NCBI GenBank assembly: GCA_038150265.1
Contig: JAYOTF010000021.1
Span: 7,537-47,804, forward strand
Reading direction: 5' to 3'
Length of the DNA: 40,268 nucleotides
From: Deltaproteobacteria bacterium
GTDB taxonomy: Bacteria > SAR324 > NAC60-12
How positions within the stretch are numbered: the first letter of the stretch is position 1; each line of letters opens with the position of its first letter. A program made the position numbers and the translations under genes. This document shows, piece by piece, positions 35,340-40,268 of this stretch. Under the pieces are notes generated by a model that had not been told where the DNA came from, searched no databases, and was given only the letters and a program-made list of their open reading frames with translations.

Positions 35340-36335
35340 TTAGCGAATGAACTCGTTGGTGTAGAGGTCTTCCACCGGAGTGGTCCGGCGGATGATGCCT
35401 TCATTCTTGTAGTAGTCCTGCAGCGCAGCAAGGCGCTCGGCGTCCATTTCCCCAAGGGTCTGCTGGCCGCTGTAGACGTACTTCGTGAACATCTTGAAGG
35501 TCTCCTCCATGTCCTTTTCCTTGCCCTTGTGCTGCGGCACGGCCTTGACGTAATCCACCGACGCCGAGGCGGGGTCGTCCATGATGTCCTTCATGCCCTT
35601 CAGGGTGGCCCGGACCAGCTTGCGGATCAGCTCCGGACGCTCCTGAATGACCTCATCCGAGGCGATGATCGCCTGAGCCATGCTCCGGAAGTGGGTATCG
35701 GAAGGAATCACCTCAATCTCCCACTCAGGGCGGGCCTGCAGGGCCAGGTAGGTCCAGTCTGGAACCGAAGCCATGGCATCCGCTTCTCCGGCAATGAACA
35801 TCTTCCAGACATTGAGCGGTCCCACGGCCTGGGCGTTGATGTCATTCTTGGTCAGGCCCTGGGTGGCCAGCATGCCCAGCAGCGCATAGAAGGTGGTGTC
35901 CTGAAACGACAGCGTCGTCACCGTCCGGCCCTTGAGGTCTTGAATCGAGTTGATGCCCTTGCTCTTGTTGATGACAAGCTGCATCAGCGAACGGCCTCCC
36001 AGCACCGCCACGGCCTTGACCGGGACCCCGTTGGAGCGGACCAGGATCGGCGTATCGCCAATGGCTCCTCCGATGAGGGCATTGCCGGCGCCCACCTGCT
36101 TGGCCACATCCACTCCGCCCTTGGCGACCTGAAAGTTCACATCCAGCCCTTCCTCGGCAAAGTACCCCCGTTGCTTGGCCAGCATCCAGGGGGAGAACGC
36201 CGGAAGGAAGTTGGCCGCCGGCAGCAGGTACGTCACCTCCTCTGCAGCCTGAACGGAAGCCGGAAGGCCCAGACCAGAGGCCAGCAGGCTGACTGCCGCA
36301 AATGCAGACAGGATCGCTTTTTTGAAGTGTGTCAT
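35340..36335 (-). CDS. ABC importer substrate-binding protein (NMT1/THI5/SsuA-like)
   Basis: Signal peptide ...VQA, AKQRGYFAEEGLDV, DLKGRTV; AGGAG RBS. Confidence 0.92.
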   Translation of the reverse strand: MTHFKKAILSAFAAVSLLASGLGLPASVQAAEEVTYLLPAANFLPAFSPWMLAKQRGYFAEEGLDVNFQVAKGGVDVAKQVGAGNALIGGAIGDTPILVRSNGVPVKAVAVLGGRSLMQLVINKSKGINSIQDLKGRTVTTLSFQDTTFYALLGMLATQGLTKNDINAQAVGPLNVWKMFIAGEADAMASVPDWTYLALQARPEWEIEVIPSDTHFRSMAQAIIASDEVIQERPELIRKLVRATLKGMKDIMDDPASASVDYVKAVPQHKGKEKDMEETFKMFTKYVYSGQQTLGEMDAERLAALQDYYKNEGIIRRTTPVEDLYTNEFIR

Positions 36336-36377
36336 GTGTATCTCCTTGACAAGAGGAAGGTTGGGAGACCGAAGTGG

Positions 36378-37199
36378 TCAGGCAGACGCTTGATCGATGT
36401 GCAGCAGATCCATCAAGGCGGCTACGTAGTCGTTCACCTTCGGGTGCTTCCGACGGTGCATGGGGCTCTCCCGATCCGGGAGGTCCACCAGGATTTCCTG
36501 CACAATGGTTCCAGGACGCTGACTCATCACCAGCACACGGTCCGAGAGGGCAATCGCCTCCGTCAGGTCGTGGGTAATGAAGAGGGCCGTCTTGCCCTCT
36601 TGCGCCAGGGTCTGTCCCAGATCCTGCTGGAGGACCATCTTGGTCTGGGCATCCAGGGCAGAAAACGGTTCATCCATCAGCAACACCGTCGGGTTCACCG
36701 CCAGGGTCCGGGCCAATGCGGCACGCTGGCGCATGCCTCCGGAGAGTTGATGAGGGTAGTGGTTCTCAAAGTTGCGCAGGTGGCAGCGCTCCAGCAGGCT
36801 CAGGGCGAGGTCTCGCCGGGCCTTGCGCTCGCTGCGCTGAATCTCCAGCCCAAGCTCCACATTCTCCCGAATCGTCCGCCACGGCAGCAGCAGGTCCTTC
36901 TGAAGCATGAAGGCCACGTGGCGGTTGGGCCGGGTGACCCGCTCGGAATCGACCCGGACCTCGCCTTCAGTGACCGCATCCAGCCCGGAGCCGAGGTTGA
37001 GCAGAGTGGATTTGCCACACCCGGAGGGGCCAATCAGCGTCACCACTTCCCCGTCTCGGACCTCCAGGTTGACGTTTTGGATCGCCGTCACCCCCGCACT
37101 TTCTCCACGGGCAGGAAAGCGCTTGAGGACGTTCCGGAACTCCAGACGAAGCGGGCGGTTGGCTGCAGGTTGCGACACGAAAAGCCTCCTATCGGTCAA
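36378..37199 (-). CDS. ABC importer ATP-binding protein (SsuB/TauB-like)
   Basis: GPSGCGKST, LLPWRT, LSGGMRQR, LLMDEPF, ITHD. Confidence 0.95.
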   Translation of the reverse strand: MTDRRLFVSQPAANRPLRLEFRNVLKRFPARGESAGVTAIQNVNLEVRDGEVVTLIGPSGCGKSTLLNLGSGLDAVTEGEVRVDSERVTRPNRHVAFMLQKDLLLPWRTIRENVELGLEIQRSERKARRDLALSLLERCHLRNFENHYPHQLSGGMRQRAALARTLAVNPTVLLMDEPFSALDAQTKMVLQQDLGQTLAQEGKTALFITHDLTEAIALSDRVLVMSQRPGTIVQEILVDLPDRESPMHRRKHPKVNDYVAALMDLLHIDQASA

Positions 37200-38136
37200 T
37201 CACCAAACGGTCCCCCTGGCACCGCGAGATGCAGAGCATGACCGTTTTGTTGCTGGCCCGTTCCGAAGCGCTGAGCACCGAGTCCCGGTGGTCCGGAAGC
37301 CCTTCCAGCACTCGGGTTTCGCAGGAGCCACAAATGCCGTCTCGGCAGGAATTCGGAACCTGGTAGCCGTGGTTGAGCAAGACCTCAAGCATGCTCTGGT
37401 CCGGAGGCACTTCCAGCTCCACGCCTTGCTTCTGGAGCACCAGCGTAAAGGGGGCTTCGGGTCCGGACGTTGCTTGCTGGCGCGCCACAAAGTACTCAAC
37501 GTGCACCTGCTCCGGAGGAAGCGTGGCGGTGGCCTGCTCAAACGCGTTCATCATGCCTTCCGGACCACAGCAGTAGAAGTGGGTGCCGTCTGGCTGCTGA
37601 GCCACCAGCTCCGGAAGGGGCAACACGGCGCCAGCGTGTTCGGCATCGACATGCAGGTGGTAACGCGCCCCCAACGCCGCCAGGGCTTCGGTGAAGGCGG
37701 CTCGGCTGCGTTCCTGAACCGCGTGGTGCACCACAAAGTCCTTCCCCAGCTCAGCCAGCCTCCGAGCGTGCGACAGGATCGGCGTCACCCCAATGCCCCC
37801 GGCCAGCAGCACGGTCCGGGCTGCCGATTCTTCCAGCGGAAAGTTGTTGCGAGGCGGATCGACGTCCAGAACCTGCCCGGGCCGAAGCTGCGTGTGAATG
37901 TAGCGAGAGCCGCCCTTGCTGGACGCATCAAGCCCCACTCCAACGCAGTAGCGGTCACGCTGCTCCGGAAGACTCGTGAGGGAGTAACTCCGGGAAAGGC
38001 CGTTGGGCAGATGCAGGTCAATGTGCGCCCCTGAGGTAAAGGGGGGCAGCTCGGAGGGCCCCCGCAGCTCCACCTCCAGCACCCCTTCCGCCTGCCATTC
38101 AAGACGATGCACGCGCAGCTTGAGCGTTTCGGTCAT
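37189..38136 (-). CDS. PDR/VanB-family flavin and 2Fe-2S oxidoreductase (Rieske oxygenase reductase)
   Basis: RSYSL, GGSR, AGGIGVTP, YCCGP, C-terminal CRDGICGSC...C. Confidence 0.96.
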   Translation of the reverse strand: MTETLKLRVHRLEWQAEGVLEVELRGPSELPPFTSGAHIDLHLPNGLSRSYSLTSLPEQRDRYCVGVGLDASSKGGSRYIHTQLRPGQVLDVDPPRNNFPLEESAARTVLLAGGIGVTPILSHARRLAELGKDFVVHHAVQERSRAAFTEALAALGARYHLHVDAEHAGAVLPLPELVAQQPDGTHFYCCGPEGMMNAFEQATATLPPEQVHVEYFVARQQATSGPEAPFTLVLQKQGVELEVPPDQSMLEVLLNHGYQVPNSCRDGICGSCETRVLEGLPDHRDSVLSASERASNKTVMLCISRCQGDRLVIDR

Positions 38137-38558
38137 GCGTCCTCGCGGGCCTGAAGGTTGACATCAAGGTTGGCAAACGCGTCGATCTCCACCAGCAGCT
38201 CCGGAAAGACGAAGCCGCTCACTTCCAGCAGCGTGGAGCAGGGGTAGAGGTCCTGAAACCAGCGTTGGCGGACGGCGTTCACCTCGTCCTTGCGGCTGAT
38301 GTCGGTGACGTAGATCACGAGCTTGTAGAGGTTCCCTCGGTGTCCACCGGCGGCTTCCAGCTGCGCATCGATCTTCCGGAGGATGGCTTCGGTCTGCCCT
38401 TCCAGGCGATCCCCCCCTTCCGTCACGCCTCCGGGACCCCGGGCGGTCACTCCGGAAAAGACCACCTCGCGTCCAATGACCAGGCAGTTGGACCACGACG
38501 CCTGAGGCGGCTCCGGAACCGTGGCGCTGCGAACCTTCTGGACCGTCACCTTGCTCAT
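38133..38558 (-). CDS. RidA/YjgF-family protein lacking the catalytic Arg
   Basis: VVFSG, QTEAIL, YPCSTLLEV (Cys where RidA has P-A-R), LVEIDA. Confidence 0.88.
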   Translation of the reverse strand: MSKVTVQKVRSATVPEPPQASWSNCLVIGREVVFSGVTARGPGGVTEGGDRLEGQTEAILRKIDAQLEAAGGHRGNLYKLVIYVTDISRKDEVNAVRQRWFQDLYPCSTLLEVSGFVFPELLVEIDAFANLDVNLQAREDA

Positions 38559-39580
38559 GCCGAAGCCTGTTCCAGGGCCTCGAGTTGCTCAACGGCGAGG
38601 TTGCGCATCCGGCGGCGCAAGCGCACAATGCCGAGGTCGTGTTGATAGAGGATTTCATGGTCCCGCACGTCGCCGTCCATGTCTTCCAGCATGACCCGGT
38701 CTTGCTCCAGCACCTTCCAGTGCCGCGCCTCCAGCCGGTTCTTGTAAAGGAAGCGCCAGGTGTCACGCTGCCACCCTTCCACGCGTCGGCACCGCCAGTG
38801 GAAGACCCCTGCCAGGGTGGGCGAAATGGGGGTGTACATGCCAATGATGTGGAAGTTTCCTCCGGGGCCTCCAGTCGCCGGATAGGGAATCTCCAGACGC
38901 ATCCAGTGGATGCCTGTCTCGCCCCACTCGGTCCAGTCGAAGTTGATGCCGCGCTGGCCCTTTTTCTCAAACACGAAGCCTATGTCGGTCTCCCGGATCG
39001 CGAAGTCGGCCTGGGTGTCGCCAAAGGCCATGGAGTGCGACTGCCGGTGCAGGTAAACGCCGTGCATCGGGTCCATGACGTTCTCACAGACAAAGCGGTA
39101 GTCGTTGCCCCACTCGGCGTAGCAGAGGAAGGAACTGAACTCCTCGGACTCCAGCTCTTCTGGAAATTCCAGAGGGGGCGGATCCGGATGCAGCTCATCT
39201 CCCACGTAAGCAAAGATGGCCTCGTGCTTTTCGATCACCGGGAAGGAACGCACACACTGCAGGCCTTCCAGTCGGCACCCCGGACTCCCCGGAACCGCCA
39301 CGGCAGTGCCCGTGTGGTCCACTTGCACGCCGTGGTAGCCACACGCAATGCGGTCATCCATGACAATGCCCCGAGACAGCGGCGCCCCGCGGTGCGGGCA
39401 GCGGTCTTCCAAAATGTGCACCTGCCCCTTCAGGTCGCGCCACAACACCATCCGGATGCCGACACGGCGCAGCGAAATCGGTTTCTCTTGAACAAAGTGC
39501 GACGGGCAGATGGCCCACCAGTTATTGCGCAGCCCCACCTGGAGCAGGTCCTCGATCTGTTGCTCCGACACTTCTGACAT
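38555..39580 (-). CDS. Rieske non-heme iron oxygenase, catalytic subunit (VanA/TsaM-like)
   Basis: CPHRGAPLS...CGYHG Rieske ligands; ENVMDPMHGVYLH and EQD mononuclear Fe ligands. Confidence 0.95.
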   Translation of the reverse strand: MSEVSEQQIEDLLQVGLRNNWWAICPSHFVQEKPISLRRVGIRMVLWRDLKGQVHILEDRCPHRGAPLSRGIVMDDRIACGYHGVQVDHTGTAVAVPGSPGCRLEGLQCVRSFPVIEKHEAIFAYVGDELHPDPPPLEFPEELESEEFSSFLCYAEWGNDYRFVCENVMDPMHGVYLHRQSHSMAFGDTQADFAIRETDIGFVFEKKGQRGINFDWTEWGETGIHWMRLEIPYPATGGPGGNFHIIGMYTPISPTLAGVFHWRCRRVEGWQRDTWRFLYKNRLEARHWKVLEQDRVMLEDMDGDVRDHEILYQHDLGIVRLRRRMRNLAVEQLEALEQASA

Positions 39581-39607
39581 CGTCCTAATCTCCTGAAAAG
39601 TTTCCGG

Positions 39608-39826
39608 TCACTGGCCCAGGCGACGCATTTCCGACTGATACAGCTCGGGGGTCCAGACCTGCCCTCCGGGCGCCGGCACCTGACTGTCGTTCAGGTAGGC
39701 CACCAGCCCCTCCAGGTCGTGAACGCCCTTGGCAAAGGCACGCTCCAGAGAATCAGCCAGCAGGTTTTCATAATCATCAGGGACACGCTTGCGGGCCTGA
39801 TGTGGTTCAAGGTACGGGGGGGTCAT
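39608..39826 (-). CDS. Small recombinase-like HTH-fold protein associated with the Rieske oxygenase
   Basis: YENLLADSLERAF.KGVHDLEGLVAYLN...P.G..WTPE pattern; GGAGG RBS, ATGA overlap with the upstream gene. Confidence 0.75.
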   Translation of the reverse strand: MTPPYLEPHQARKRVPDDYENLLADSLERAFAKGVHDLEGLVAYLNDSQVPAPGGQVWTPELYQSEMRRLGQ

Positions 39827-40155
39827 TGGCCTCCTTGTCGGACACGTTCCCGGATCCGCTCACGAACCGGGACAAAATCATAGGCGGGAAAGCACTCGGT
39901 GGTAAAGACGCCCCATGCCGAACGCTCCAGCTCCACATTCAACTCTGCCAGCTTCGACGGCGGCAGGCGCAGGGTCACGATCTGGCCAAACCCCATCGCC
40001 ACGTACCACGAGACCACCTCCACGCCCTCGACGGGAAAGCGCTCCCACCAGTCTGCTTCCTTGAGCTTGCGCTGAACGGCTTCCAGGTTGTTCGACTGAT
40101 CGTGCTTCAGGAACACCGTCAGCAGCATGGTTTCTGGGGATGTTGGGTCCGGCAT
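39823..40155 (-). CDS. Hypothetical protein, first gene of the catabolic operon
   Basis: 110-aa ORF directly downstream of the promoter; LLTVFLKHDQS...FPVEGVEVVSWYVAMGFGQIVTL...AWG...PAYDF. Confidence 0.75.
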   Translation of the reverse strand: MPDPTSPETMLLTVFLKHDQSNNLEAVQRKLKEADWWERFPVEGVEVVSWYVAMGFGQIVTLRLPPSKLAELNVELERSAWGVFTTECFPAYDFVPVRERIRERVRQGGQ

Positions 40156-40166
40156 CGTCTTTTTAT

Positions 40167-40230
40167 TATCAGATATGATACTTAAGTTTCATATTTGTGA
40201 ATACTAACTTAAGCAGACTCCCCAAGTAAA
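40167..40230 (-). promoter_or_regulatory. Sigma70-like promoter with overlapping palindromic (IclR-type) operator(s)
   Basis: Minus strand TTTACT-N18-TAGTAT (40230-40201); near-perfect 28-bp palindrome CAGATATGATACTTAAGTTTCATATTTG (40170-40197), overlapping TATCA-N4-TGATA and TTCATA-TT-TGTGAA. Confidence 0.6.
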
Positions 40231-40268
40231 GCCTATTTTTATCCAATTTTCGGAAAAAGGGGAAACGG

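Noticed and set aside
35304..37241. 645-aa plus-strand ORF
   Set aside because: Antisense shadow of the ABC importer genes; no recognisable motifs, expected in high-GC coding DNA.
39608..39826. Recombinase-like HTH as evidence of a mobile element
   Set aside because: Only 72 aa, no catalytic serine or tyrosine recombinase domain, and embedded in a metabolic operon.

Overview
GC-rich (roughly 63% by eye) bacterial chromosomal window of about 40 genes. Left to right: the 5' end of a secreted Ig/cadherin-like protein with a small upstream ORF; a 7TM-DISM hybrid histidine kinase whose C-terminus resembles the ChiS-family DNA-binding domain; an ABC exporter, secreted Ca-binding protein and CusR/CopR-type two-component operon ending just before a tRNA-Met(CAT); housekeeping genes (NUDIX, ABC half-exporter, aminotransferase, an rpe with an apparent in-frame deletion, an AbrB-like regulator behind a palindrome-rich leader, hemB, pyrC); a DoxX-pirin-nitroreductase-WrbA redox-stress operon with a LysR-type site; a Str2-like long Cys/Met PLP enzyme; an orphan PAS kinase; and a 17-gene, 14.3 kb minus-strand Rieske-oxygenase catabolic operon (with NadX, ThDP enzyme, extradiol dioxygenase, IclR and NMT1-type ABC importer) of unknown substrate. 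Across the window the palindrome TCCGGA is strongly over-represented (about 120 copies by manual count versus about 14 expected from base composition). No CRISPR array, integrase, transposase or rRNA was recognised. All family calls come from motif recognition by eye, not database searches.
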